Part shown: positions 30,555 to 47,071 of the stretch, one piece after another | Position numbering within the stretch: position 1 is the first letter of the stretch | Layout of the letters: each line of letters begins with the position of its first letter | DNA from: Eledone cirrhosa | Taxonomy: Eukaryota | Length of the DNA: 64,000 nt | NCBI GenBank assembly: GCA_964016885.1 | Contig: CAXHJY010000333.1 | Location: 16,070 to 80,069, forward strand | Direction: 5' to 3' | Made by a program: the position numbers and the translations under genes | Notes under the pieces: model-generated | What the model was told of the DNA's origin: nothing | The model's input: the letters and a program-made list of their open reading frames with translations, nothing else | Database searches by the model: none

Positions 30555-30748
30555 AACGAAGGAAATGTGGTAAGGAACCAGGTGGACCATAACGCACCAG
30601 AGTACTCAATACTTAGGGTAGTACAGTGGGTAATAGGAAAATGTAAGACCCTGACGGCAGAGCTCAAGCCCTTTCGACGGCTATTTCTGGACTGAAATAG
30701 CCGTCGAAACGGCTTGAGCTCTGCCGTCGGGGTCTTACATTTTCCTAT
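30555..30748 (-). mobile_element. Fold-back mini-element, family F
   Basis: Arms 30633-30687 and 30694-30748; tail on left is the reverse complement of 27580-27650. Confidence 0.82.
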
Positions 30749-30783
30749 ATATATATATATATACATGTGTGTGTATATATATA

Positions 30784-30870
<87 letters not shown>

Positions 30871-31065
30871 GTGTCTGTGTGTATATATATATATATGTGT
30901 GTGTGTATATATATGTATGTGTGTGCGTGTATATTTATATATATATGTATATATATATGCATGTTTATGAGTTTTGCATAGGATTTTACGTATTGTATGT
31001 GTTTGTACATATGTCTGTATGTATGCATATATATATAAATATATATCTGTGTATGGATATATATG

Positions 31066-31100
<35 letters not shown>

Positions 31101-31229
31101 ATGGATATATATATATATGTGTGTGTGTGTATGAATATATATATATCTGTGTGTGTATGTATGGATATATATGTATATATATATGTGTGTGTGTGTATAT
31201 GTGTGTATGTGTGTGTATGTGTATATATA

Positions 31230-32242
31230 TCTGTATATATATAAAATTAAGTATGTGTGTGTGTCTGTGTATTACCTACAGGGGCCTACATCTTACGACC
31301 GATTTTCATGAAACTTTACAGGCTCATAGATTAGTCATCGGGGAGTGTTTTCTATATATCAGCGTATCGTGTTTTTATTCTCGGATCATTCTGCAGATAA
31401 AAATCGATGGGGGGGGGGGGGGATCACCTATTTTTTAGGTATCGAAAAATAAGATTTTTGGCTCTAGCTCCCACATTTTGCCACCGACTTCGTTCAAATG
31501 TTAAAGGAAAATAGAATTTATTATTGCACAGCCTGTAATGGCTTTATATTTTGCATTTGTTGTTCAGGGACAGCTTCGCAGCCGCTTAAATATCCAAAAA
31601 TACCACTTTTAGACTCAAATTTCATTTTTGGCTCTAGCTCCCACATTAATCAACCTACTTTGTTCAAATTTTACACTACGCTAGATCTGATTATTTCACG
31701 TCTTAAAGTGGCTTTACATTTTGAATTTTTTGTTCAGGAACGGCGTAACAGCCGCTTAAATGTTCGAAAATACCACCTTTTCGCTCAAATTCCCGCCTTT
31801 TCGGCTCTAGCTCCCACATTTTTCAACCGATTTCGTTCAAATTCGAAACTTCGGTTCCACCTCACACATAAATCAAATTTATTTGGTTCAACTTTTATAC
31901 TACGATAGAACCCATTATTGCATATCTTATAGATGGTCAAAGGCAAAACGATGGCCACTGACGTCGTCTGAGCTTTCAGTTGTGTATCTGAGAATTCATC
32001 GCTTTCCAATCAAGTAGCGTGAGAAAATTTGGCTTAGTGTTAGAGGTCATTACCTCCCTCCCCCAGCATGCCCCTTCGTCAGTCACCCGCATTTCTCAGT
32101 GATAGAGGTCATCACCACCCTCCCCCGCATGGCCTGTGTGTGGTCATATATGAGTCATCGAGAAGCAGTCGCTAAGATCAACGCCTTTTCATCAAGGCAG
32201 ATATTATTTTACCTACCCAGGAAACGCTGGGTACTGCTGCTA

Positions 32243-32243
<1 letters not shown>
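31230..32243 (+). mobile_element. Non-autonomous Helitron
   Basis: A|TCtgtatatatataaaa start; 3' hairpin acccaggaaacgctgggt then CTAG|T; internal repeats ggctctagctcccacatt x3. Confidence 0.72.
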
Positions 32244-32292
<49 letters not shown>

Positions 32293-32624
32293 AATGTGTG
32301 TGTTTGTCTATATTTATATCCCGTTTACATTTTGTTTTACTTTCATTCACTTCTTCGTTTCTGAAGCAACAACTTGCTTAGATAGATTAAGGTTTGATCA
32401 TAATCTTTATTGCTAATGTCGGAACACAAAGCATTTACATGACTAAACAGCTTCCTAACAGGCTTTTAGTTTTCTTCTTGGCAGTCATCTTGAAATATCT
32501 TTCTTTATATAGTTATTGCCTATATATATATATATATATTATGCCTTATTTATTTGTTTGTATATATAATTTTATATATGTATATATTCTTTCTTTTTTG
32601 TTTATTTCCGTGTGTGAAAATATT

Positions 32625-32671
<47 letters not shown>

Positions 32672-32786
32672 AAATGTATATTTATGTATATATATATATG
32701 TAAATTTATATATATATGTATATATGTAAATATATATATAAATATATATGTATATACGTAAATATATATATATATATATATACATA

Positions 32787-33133
32787 TGTAGGAGGTGAGT
32801 TTTATTGTAGCACAATAAAGCAATGCAAATATCGGATAAGTACCACTCTACAGTTTGTAGGATTGGAGTATAAATAATAGAAGATCAAATGAAGGTTAAA
32901 AGAGTTCCAAGTATTTTATTATGTGCATTTCAAAAACAAATATCATCATGGGATGATATCTGCGTTCTCATCAGATAATATAGGGTTACATGATATGAAG
33001 CTTAAAAATCACTTGTGAATAGTGAAGTTTTAAATCAACATATATTGAATATCATGAATCCCTATTTTATTTGATGAGAACGGAGATATCATCCCATGAT
33101 GATATTTGTTTTTGAAATGCGCATAATAAAATA
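32787..33133 (-). mobile_element. Fold-back mini-element, family C; HHR minus 32912-32982, mutated HHR plus 33063-33133
   Basis: Inverted arms; tail 32787-32880 matches the reverse complement of 56765-56855; plus copy has TTGATGA. Confidence 0.8.
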
Positions 33134-33169
33134 CTGGGTAATTGCTGGCCTAGTGCCTAAAGTAGAAAC

Positions 33170-34737
<1,568 letters not shown>

Positions 34738-35148
34738 ACAATATTAAATAAATGGAAAACTATATTTATAAAACCATATTTATTTCATTATATATATTTC
34801 GGGGATATCATATTAACAATATGCTATGCCTTCATCAGACAAAATAGGTCAAAAGGTCTGTAAAATACAGCTCATCTCCATTTTTTTCCATCAAGTGTGA
34901 CCACACGAGGGCCAAACAAGAGTGAACCTCTTCAACTGAAGTTGATGTTTATTACGGTATGTCGAATATATTTATCTATAAAACTGTTTATATTGTATTT
35001 TGTCTGATGAAGGCATAGCATATTGTTAATATGATATCCCCGAAATATATATAATGAAATAAATATGGTTTTATAAATATAGTTTTCCATTTATTTAATA
35101 TTGTAAATATACTCCAAATATTTGTCGAGTGCTTTTATATCAGTTATA

Positions 35149-35153
<5 letters not shown>
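34738..35153 (+). mobile_element. Fold-back mini-element, family B, with two intact HHR motifs (minus ~34781-34847, plus 34996-35061)
   Basis: Near-perfect ~109-bp arms 34738-34847 and 34996-35104; tattttgt-CTGATGA-stem II-GAAA-tatata-TA-atgaaata; tail 35105-35153. Confidence 0.88.
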
Positions 35154-35183
<30 letters not shown>

Positions 35184-35596
35184 GTATTAAAGGAGAGCTG
35201 GATTCACATGAGTAAATACATACAATTGTGGGAAGACCGGGAAGGAAAATATAGAAATAAATATATCAAACAGTAGTAAATACTTACTTAATCTTAGTTG
35301 ACATCTTCACCGTTCAACGTCCATTTTCCATGCTTGCATGGATTAGATATGTCACCCACGTTATGAGACAAGTCTGCCCAGTTAGTTGCGCCGTACCTTG
35401 CTCATACGGAACTGTAATTTCACTGGGAATTTTACAGCTGGATGCCCTTCCTAACACCAGTCCATGTTTACAGTTTGGATCTGGATGGCACCGTTAAGAA
35501 GAGAGAGAGAGAGAGAGCCCAGTTGTCCGCAGAGTACCCTGCCCGCATCCGAATCATAGTTTGGGAGCTGGGGGTTCTCACTATGAGGGTAGTGTG

Positions 35597-35654
<58 letters not shown>

Positions 35655-35657
<3 letters not shown>

Positions 35658-35775
35658 CTTTTTTTACTTCTGGCACAAGGCCAGCAATTACCTAGTGTAT
35701 TACTGGTACTTTATTTTATCGACCCCATAAGGATAAAAGGCAAAGTTAAACCTCGGCTGGATTTGAACTCAGAAT
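35655..35775 (-). mobile_element. SINE, 5'-truncated
   Basis: ggcacaaggccagcaatt...gtactttattttatcgacccc...gatttgaactcagaa. Confidence 0.85.
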
Positions 35776-36073
35776 GGCATATATATATATATGATGAAAG
35801 GAAGATTTGTTATGTCTTCATTACTTTTATTGAATAGTGACGCGCGGTTCGCTATTGATCAGCTCAAGGCTCGATCTGTCCCGACTCTTGAATCAAAAGT
35901 TCGTTGGACCTCTGCTGTGCTAATGAGAGTAACTGCACGTTACTCCCCCTAGATATATGTATGTATGTATGTATATATATATATATATATAACATGTGTG
36001 TGTGTGTGTGTGCGCGCGTATACATCCGTTTATGTAAGTACACATATACAGGTGTGTGTTTGTCTATATATAT

Positions 36074-36172
<99 letters not shown>

Positions 36173-36464
36173 GTGAATACAGATACATAAGTCTAAGCCT
36201 ATGGTCACAACTGACATGTCTTTGACCACTGATCTTTGACCATTAGTCAGTGTTGCAGAGACACCAGTTATTTTGTCTACTAAAAAATATACCAGTCCCT
36301 CGATTTTTGTGTTTTTAAACCTTTTGATTCTAACGCCGATCCAGGTTTATATTGGAGGCATTGCGTAGGATGGTCACGGCTGGAATTCCACTATCTGATT
36401 TATCAACTAAGTTGCAATGGAGTAGTATAGGGTGCCGCAATGCCATACGGTGTTTCTCGGGTAA

Positions 36465-36572
36465 TCCCACTGAGGTTAGGTTTGCCTTCATCTTTACAGA
36501 TCTCGATAAAATAAAGTACCAGTAACACACTGGGGTCGATTTAATTGATTTACCCCTTCCCTTCAAATTGTT
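36465..36572 (+). mobile_element. SINE core fragment
   Basis: tttgccttcatc...tcgataaaataaagtaccagtaacacactggggtcgatttaa. Confidence 0.8.
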
Positions 36573-36757
36573 TCTAAGTGAAATACCATTTTGAACGTGG
36601 CTGAGCCCATCCCAGAAGTCATGAATTAAACGAATAGAAATTATAACTCAGAACGTCAAAACTGCTTTTACTAAAATGCCAACAATGTATTTAGCCTTTC
36701 ACTTTACTGTCTCTCTACACTCCAGGGATCTTTGTAAAATGTTCAACTATAATAGAA

Positions 36758-38745
36758 ACACTAATTACCTGTTAAATAGTTTTGGCCCATTACACACCTT
36801 CACTTTAAATTAGCTTTCACATCTAACCATCTGCTGGCTTTGTTGCACTCTATCGCTTAATCACTTCTATTTTATGTTTTATCGTGAGGGAGATGATGAT
36901 AGAAGAGATAATATTGATGTGATGTTGTTTTTGGTGGTGGTGTTAAGGATAATGGCGATGGAGTGGAGGCGGTCGTGGCAAGGGGAGGGATATAGCGAAT
37001 AAAAGGAGTGTTCAGGTTATATGAAAATAAATACAAAAAATGTCAAAGTCACCCATGAATCGAGTATACATTTTCGTAAAAAAACCTTCATCAAAATTTT
37101 CTTTTAATTTTTTCTAAATATTTTTCAAAATTCTTCAAAATTTTCTTTAACGATTTTCTCATAACTTTTAAAAACTTTTCATCAAAAATATTCTAAAAAT
37201 ATTCTCAAATATTTAATCAAAGTACGTCCTTAAATTTTCATCAAAAACCATCCTTAAACATTTTCAAAAATTTTCTGAAAGTTTTTCCCAGAAATTTTCT
37301 CTAAAATTCAATCAAAATGTTTTCCCAAACATTTCTCTGTGAACTCTCGTTAAATTTGTTTTATATATCTAAAAAGTTTCCTAAAAAGTATCCAGGAAAC
37401 TCTTTCAAAAGTTCTACATAAAAAATTAGGAAACATTTTTGAAAAGATTTTTCGTGAAGCTTTTTGAAAATATTTTGATAAAATAAAAAAAATAAAAATT
37501 TAACGAATTTTGACAAATAATTTAGGAAATTTTTAATAAAACTTTTGAAAAGATTTTTGAAAAGTTATAGAATAATTTTAAAAAAAATATTGAACATCTT
37601 TTGAAAAAAAATTGAGAAATATTTACTTAGCAATTGTTTAAATTTTAGAAAAGATTTTCAAAAATATTTTTAAAATGTTTTGAAGAAAACTTTTTGAACA
37701 ATTTTCGAATAGAATGTGCCGAAAATTTTTGAGATTTTTGGTGAAATGTTTTCGAAAATATTGAGGAAAATGTCAGAGAAATCTTTTAGGTAGATGTATT
37801 TTAAATTTCGAGAAATATTTTTGATAAAATGTTGGGGAAGATTATGGTGAAAAATTAAATAAAGAATTCGGTAACATGTTTAAGAAAGTTTTGATGATTT
37901 TGTTTTCAAAAAAATTCAGTAATATTTTTTAGAAAACATTCAAAATTTTTTCAAACATCTTCTTTGATTTGAGAAAATATTAAAGAAAATGTTCCTCAAA
38001 ATATTTCAAAACTTTTCCCAAACAATTCAGAGATTTTTATCAAATGTTTAACAATAATACAAGCACTAATTATCTGAAAATAATAGTTTTGGACCATTAA
38101 GACACATTTTTAGGTAGATGTATTTTAAATTCCGAGCGGTATTTTTGATGAAATGTTTGGGAAGATTCTGGTGAAAAATTAAAAATGAAGTTCTGTAACA
38201 TGTTTAAGAAAGTTTTGATGATATGTTTTTCAAAAACACTCAGGAATATTTTTGAGAAAACATTTAAAATTTCTTCAAACATCTTAAATATTTGAGAAAA
38301 TATTAAATTAAATGTTTCTCAAAATATTTCAAAATTTATCCCAAACAATTCAGAGATTGTTATCAAATGTTTAACAATAATACAAGCACTAATTATCTGA
38401 AAATAATAGTTTGGGACCATTACACACATTCACTTTAAATTAGCTTTCAAATCTAACCATCTGCTGGCTCTGTTACACTCTATCGCCCATTCAGTTTTAT
38501 TTTACATTATTCTTTTTTATATCAAATGTACGTTTGAATAGAAACAAGTTAAACTTTTTTCGTTGGTTGTAATGGAGGTGATGATAGCAGAGATAATGGT
38601 GATTGAAGTGGTGGTGGCAGCGGCGGCTACAATGGTGATGAGTTTGTGGCGGTCATGGTAGTGGTGGGGAAGAGAGAACAATAAGGATTGTTCAGGTTAT
38701 GGGAAAGTAAAAATAAACATGTCAAAGTTACACATGAACCGTGTA
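36758..38745. repeat. Diverged ~320-bp direct repeats bracketing an A/T-tract fold-back region with an internal ~320-bp tandem duplication
   Basis: 36758-37070 resembles 38385-38745; 37784-38098 resembles 38107-38420; ttttcaaaa-type motifs switch polarity near 37420. Confidence 0.7.
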
Positions 38746-38999
38746 AAAACTACTGTAGTGTGTAAGAAGATAATGTGTGAGTGATAGACTTAATCTGTGA
38801 CTGGGTTAAACACCAACCAACCACCTGGCGCCTAAAGGGTGGCTTTAGTTGAGTCCAAACGGTTGCGCACATTCATGTGAGGTCTCTGGCCTCAGAATAA
38901 TTTCCTCCCACCAATTATTTCCGTCCACACTTAACAAATAGCTCCATACTTTATCCACAAAGCTGTTACTATAATCGGCAATATGAAGCTGAGTATTTG

Positions 39000-40305
39000 A
39001 AAAGAAAAGATTGGAGATGCAATATATTGTCAAACGTCTACCAACTTTAAACAGGATCTGTCAGTACAAAGAGGCTAGGTAAAGATTCACAACAGAGACA
39101 TTACCAGTCTGAGAGAGAGAATATTTTGAAGATGATCTTCTAAACAAGATCTGTCTGTACATGGAGTTTATGAAGAGATTCAACAACAGAAATATTACCA
39201 GTCTGAGAGAAATAACACATCTTGAAGATAGTCTTTAAAAGTCTACCAATATTGGATATGCAATATATTATTAAATATCTACCAACTATAAATAAGATAT
39301 TTCAATACATGGAGATTACGGAAACTTTACCAGTTTGAGAGAGAACAGTCTCTCAAACTTTTAGTCGTAAAAAATCTACCAAGACAGGAGATACAATATA
39401 TCGTCAATACCAACTACATACAATATCTTTCAGTACATGGAGGCTAGAAAAAGATTCAATAACATAAACATTACCAGTCTGAAAGAGAGGACATCTTGAA
39501 GATGATTATTTTAAATAAAATCTACCAAGATTAGACATAGAATAAATCATCAAAGATATACCAACTTTAAACATTACCATTCTGAAAGAGAAGACATCTT
39601 GAAGCTGATCATTAAAAAACTATCAAGATTGGAGATGCAATATATTGTCAAATATCTACCAACTATAAATAAGAAATTTCAGTACATGGAGGTTATGAAA
39701 AGATTCAAGAACAGAAACATTACCAGTCTGAGAGAGGGGACATCTTGAAGATGGTCTTGTAGCAAGAGTTGCCTCCCTTGTTATGACGTCACATCAGCAG
39801 CAGCGCTGGTACAAATAAAAGTCTGACAGCATCGTCCGAAGAAACTAGACGTCAATAGCATCGCTCTGGCGATTAACCACGTGATGGGATCCCCACCATG
39901 GAACCTTCACGTGCTAATCAATTCAGTCCATTCTTTGGGACATTAAACATCCAGGTATGACTTAACTCTTATGCACACACCACTCCATCAATAAAACCTT
40001 TGTTACGTTAAAAACCCACGTTGTTATAATTGGTGACCCCAATTATAAAATATAAAAGTCTACCAAGATTGGAGATACAATATATTGTCAAACGTCTACA
40101 AACTTTAAACAAGATCTCTCTGTATATGGTGGTTATGAAGAGTTTCAACAACGGACACTTTATCAGTCTGAGAGAGGGCATCTTGAAGATGGTCTTTAAA
40201 AGTTCACCAAGACAGGAGATACAATACATTGTCAAACATCTATCAACTTTAAACAAAATCTTTCAGTACATGGAGGCTAGGAAAAGATTCAACAACAGAA
40301 ACATG
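39000..40305 (+). repeat. Degenerate ~165-bp tandem repeat
   Basis: attaccagtctgagagag and ggagatgcaatatattgtcaaa recur about 7 times. Confidence 0.8.
39758..40040 (+). mobile_element. Probable LTR (~270 bp) followed by a primer-binding site
   Basis: Interrupts the 165-bp array; starts TGT, AATAAA near 39989, ends gttgttata, then tggtgacccc (Ty3/gypsy-type PBS-like). Confidence 0.5.
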
Positions 40306-40482
40306 TAGCTGCTTTACAGCTTCCCTTGTTCTTCGCATTAAAAAAGAAATATTTTTGCTCTTTTTTTCTTTTTTGTATAACATTGGCTTTCCGTCTCTCT
40401 CTCGCTCTCTCTTGTTTTGGTTTCTTAACTCTAAGGGATACTAGGTACCTCATCTAGTCTCTTATAGCTTAGCTTACTAGCA

Positions 40483-40519
<37 letters not shown>

Positions 40520-40520
40520 G

Positions 40521-40599
<79 letters not shown>

Positions 40600-40602
<3 letters not shown>

Positions 40603-40715
40603 GAAAAGACAACTGAGTTCCGGCCGTTTGGACAGCCGTCGTAGTCCTGAATCTTTTCATATTACCCACTCTACTACCCAAAGCATCGAGTACTCTGGTG
40701 CGTTATGGTCCACAC
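40600..40715 (+). mobile_element. Family F element, degenerate
   Basis: atatgaaaaga...tcttttcatat IR plus tail gagtactctggtgcgttatggtccac. Confidence 0.65.
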
Positions 40716-40728
40716 CCTATTTGTTGTG

Positions 40729-40789
<61 letters not shown>

Positions 40790-41014
40790 ATATGAGGTGG
40801 GGGGGGGGGGTACAGGCTACCCATCTAGTCTGTCACGGCTTACTCACTCTATACAGACGTTTAAATTGATTATGTAAATATAATAGAGAAGATGACAATC
40901 AGCTATATAAAAACCTCATTGACCTTTACAAAACAGAACTAAACAATGGATGTTGTGGGTGACTATAAAAGACAAAAAATCTATATCTTACAATGGCGAG
41001 GGCTAGATTCAAGA

Positions 41015-41210
41015 CTGGTGATGGTGGTGATGGTCGTTGTCTTGGTGGTGGTGGTGGTGGTGGTTTTGATGGTGATGATGGTGGTGGTGATGGTTTTGGA
41101 GATGGTGATGATGATGGAGTTGATGGTGGTGATTGAGATGATGATTGAGATGGTGATGGTGGAGATGATGGTGGTGATGATGATGGTGTTGTTGATGATG
41201 GTGATGGAGA
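41015..41210. repeat. (GGT/GAT)n triplet repeat
   Basis: Directly visible. Confidence 0.9.
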
Positions 41211-41544
41211 GGAAGGAGAGGGAAAAGAAGTAGTGAAAAGAAAAAAAGAAATATGAGAACGAAAACGAAGAAGGAGAATAGGCAAAATAGTGATGAATTT
41301 AGTTGGTAGTCATGGTGGAACAAAGTAGATAGTTAGTCGTGTAGACAACAATCAAGGTCAAATTTGATTGGTCAATTACTTCCTTAAGATACACTATTGA
41401 TTGGTCAATTTCTTTAAGATACACCATTAAATCCCGCTAAGCTTCTTTTGATTCTCATTTGAAGAGGCGAAAGCAAAGCTTAAAGTACAAACACGAATAC
41501 TGAAAATAAAGAGAGAAAAACTAAAATAATCGATATATAAAAAA

Positions 41545-41685
41545 AACATCAGTAATATAAACAAAACAACAGTAATATAAACAAAACAACAGTAATATAA
41601 ACAAAACAACAGTAATATAAACAAAACAACAGTAATATAAACAAAACAACAGTAATATAAACAAAACATCAGTAATATAAACAAC
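41545..41685. repeat. 20-bp minisatellite agtaatataaacaaaacaac
   Basis: About 6.5 near-perfect units. Confidence 0.95.
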
Positions 41686-41699
41686 AATAATAGTAATAA

Positions 41700-42042
41700 A
41701 AATAATGGTTTCTACTATAGGCACATGGTCAGCAATTTTAGGGAAAGGAAAGTCGATGAAATCCACACCAGTGCATTACTGGTACCTTATTTAATTGATC
41801 CCGTAAGGATGAAGGTCAAAGTGAACCTCGCCGGAATTTCAACTCAGAATGTAAATAATGTCTCAAATATTGATTTCTTATATAGGCACAAAGCCAGCAA
41901 TTTTGGGGGAGAGGAAAGTCGATTAAATCAACCCCAGTGTGTGACTGGTACTTTATTTTATCGACCCCGTAAGGATGAAAGGCAAAGTTAACCTCCATGC
42001 TGCAAAGCATGGCATCCGCACCTCTATCGATACTGCCAATGG
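41700..42042 (-). mobile_element. Two tandem SINE copies
   Basis: Reverse complement of core and tail twice; head gcatggcatccg..cctctatcgatactgccaat. Confidence 0.85.
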
Positions 42043-42124
42043 TGCGAGGTCAGCCATTTTGAAGAATTCGGAAAGTCGATAAGATTATGAAGCAAATAAC
42101 ACACCTCCACACTGTAAAGTATAT

Positions 42125-42556
42125 AGACTGACCAAGATACTCTCATGGAATGATCAAATGAAGGTTATTTTACAACATAGTCCCTGGAAAGAAACAATGC
42201 AGTTATTAATAGGAAGAGTTGAAATTAATGTATGAAAGATTTCACAGCTCTAGCATCACTCCTTCATAAGCTGACTAAGATACTCTCATGGAATGACCAA
42301 GAGAGGTTTATTTTACAACATAGTCCCTGGAAAAAAATAACAATGCAGTTATTAATAAGAGTTGACGCTAATGCAAGCAAGATTTCACAGCTATATCATC
42401 TCTCCTTCATAGGCTGACCAAGATAGTCTCATTCAATGACCAAATGAGGGTTATTTTACACAACATAGTCCCTAGAAGGATGGAATACAGTTATTAATGA
42501 GAAGAGCTGAAATGAATGCACGCACGATTTCACAGCTCTAGCATCACTCCTTCATT
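42125..42556. repeat. 143-bp tandem repeat x3
   Basis: ctgac.aagata.tctcat starts at 42128, 42271, 42414. Confidence 0.9.
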
Positions 42557-42969
42557 CATAGTCCGCCTATGAACTGTTCAGCCGACATCTCATAGATAGA
42601 TAGATAAATAGATAGATCGATAGATGGATTGTGTGATGGGTAAAAAGGGGGTCGGGGTTAGAAGTGGTGGAACGGGGAAACGTTGATGACGAAATAATTC
42701 TCACGTACTTCTATTGAAGCAATGGCAATATCTGTAGATATTAAAATAGTGACTAGGAAGAAAAGATCTTTCGAGAACAAAACGAGAACAGCCATTGCTA
42801 CAGCAGAGTAACAAAGACACCAAGAAATAGATATCAGGGTGGTACAGGGGAAGAGGGGGGAGGACACACATATTTCGACAATGTTCTCTATGTCTGGAAT
42901 CATCGATAAAATGCCATAACCTTCCTAGCCTTTTCATACCGAAATTGAATGAATCGACAATTAATTTGT

Positions 42970-45490
<2,521 letters not shown>

Positions 45491-45850
45491 TTGGAAAATG
45501 TGTGTAATCCTTGGTACAGTTAGGTATATTAATTAAATATAAATTAAATTTATTTTCTTCACAAAATCCAAAAAGAATTTTTCTTAAAAAAAATTATTTT
45601 ATAAATTAAGTTGTTGGTTGTTGGTTAGGTCTTAGGAGTTCTTGGTTAACGTAGGAGGTATTGTTTCGTTTTTAGAAAGACCTTTCACGCTGAGGTGCGC
45701 TTGTCAAACTGATGTGTATGGGGTGTGTTGTTCTATATATAGGGATTTAACATGTCTGTGGTGTGGTAGGGGTTTCTTTTCTCCCCCTTTAATAAGTGCA
45801 TGTGTGTAGGTGTGTTGAAAAAGTGTTCATAGCAGTAATGAGTTGAGACG

Positions 45851-47071
45851 GTGAGTAATGAGTTGACACGTTCAAAATCCTCTACTGAATCCCTCAAATC
45901 GGATACACTACTACAGGAAATATCAGAAAAACTCACCATAATAATAGATAAATATGATTCCCTTACGAATGCCGTACAAGAAATGGAACAACAAACACGC
46001 AGCTATAGGGAAAAACTTGATTCACTAATTACAGACCGGCAAAAACAAGAACAAACCTTTTCTCCTGAATTAGCTACACATGAACAGAACTCCATCACCA
46101 ATAATGCATTCAAAGAATGGAATGAACTGAACCTAGAAAAAGAAGCCTACAGAAAAAGAAACCAAATGAAAAACATTTGGAACCCTTTATTAAATCAAAG
46201 GAAACAGGCATACTGGAAAGCCTTGAGGAGTGAAAACCTAGCAGACACATACGAAATATGGCTTAGCAAGGAACCAGTTATCCTCCCGAGAAAATTCCGA
46301 ATTAAAGAAATACCATCGGAATCAAAGGAAGAAACTGCAACAAGACTAAATCTAGCACTCCAAACACTTGAGACCGAAATCACCCTACTCCGCCTAAGAG
46401 TGCCAAAATTCAAAGAGAAATTTGAAAAATGCGACACCACCATCCAAGAGGAAATAAATAAAAGAAGCAGCGGCAATGTACGTGAAAAACTCCTTAACCT
46501 ATGGCAGACAGATACAACTAGAGAGGAGTTAAAATCAAAGAAAATCTTGGAGTCAAGAACTCAATGGCTTCAAGAATATGAAGATAACTATGAGAAAGAC
46601 CAAATAAAACCCAGAAAACAAACCCATAGGAAACCCCAGAACTCAGGAAAATACAACAACACAAGAAATGAAGCACCCACACACAATAAACCAACAACAA
46701 CCAGATATTGGGTAACCCCAAACACACAACTACATACAGACCCAATACTCAACACCAGAACCAGATACAACCACTGCCATAACACCAAGAACAATCACCG
46801 GAGACAAAATCAAAGACACATGAATACTGAACGAACCAACAGAAGAACCAGACCCCCATACAGCAACGGCCACGCAAGAGTCTATCGCCCAACCAGTTAC
46901 CGACATGAAGTTCCGGCGGGCCAAAGGTTTCACCACAACAGAAACACCCCTATCCCAAATGGCCCCTATTTTTTAGGACTAGGGGCCTCGCACCAAATGA
47001 AAGAAAAAAAGAAAAAAGCACCACCTTTCAAGTGGCACCTGACGAGAAAGAACCAATCGAACCAAAAATAA
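45851..47071 (+). CDS. PLE ORF1 / N-terminal region, coiled-coil-like with basic tail (5' end truncated at the inversion junction)
   Basis: Open 406 codons, heptad-like L/I/E/K pattern, R/N-rich C-terminus; overlaps RT frame. Confidence 0.7.
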   Translation: MSNELTRSKSSTESLKSDTLLQEISEKLTIIIDKYDSLTNAVQEMEQQTRSYREKLDSLITDRQKQEQTFSPELATHEQNSITNNAFKEWNELNLEKEAYRKRNQMKNIWNPLLNQRKQAYWKALRSENLADTYEIWLSKEPVILPRKFRIKEIPSESKEETATRLNLALQTLETEITLLRLRVPKFKEKFEKCDTTIQEEINKRSSGNVREKLLNLWQTDTTREELKSKKILESRTQWLQEYEDNYEKDQIKPRKQTHRKPQNSGKYNNTRNEAPTHNKPTTTRYWVTPNTQLHTDPILNTRTRYNHCHNTKNNHRRQNQRHMNTERTNRRTRPPYSNGHARVYRPTSYRHEVPAGQRFHHNRNTPIPNGPYFLGLGASHQMKEKKKKAPPFKWHLTRKNQSNQK

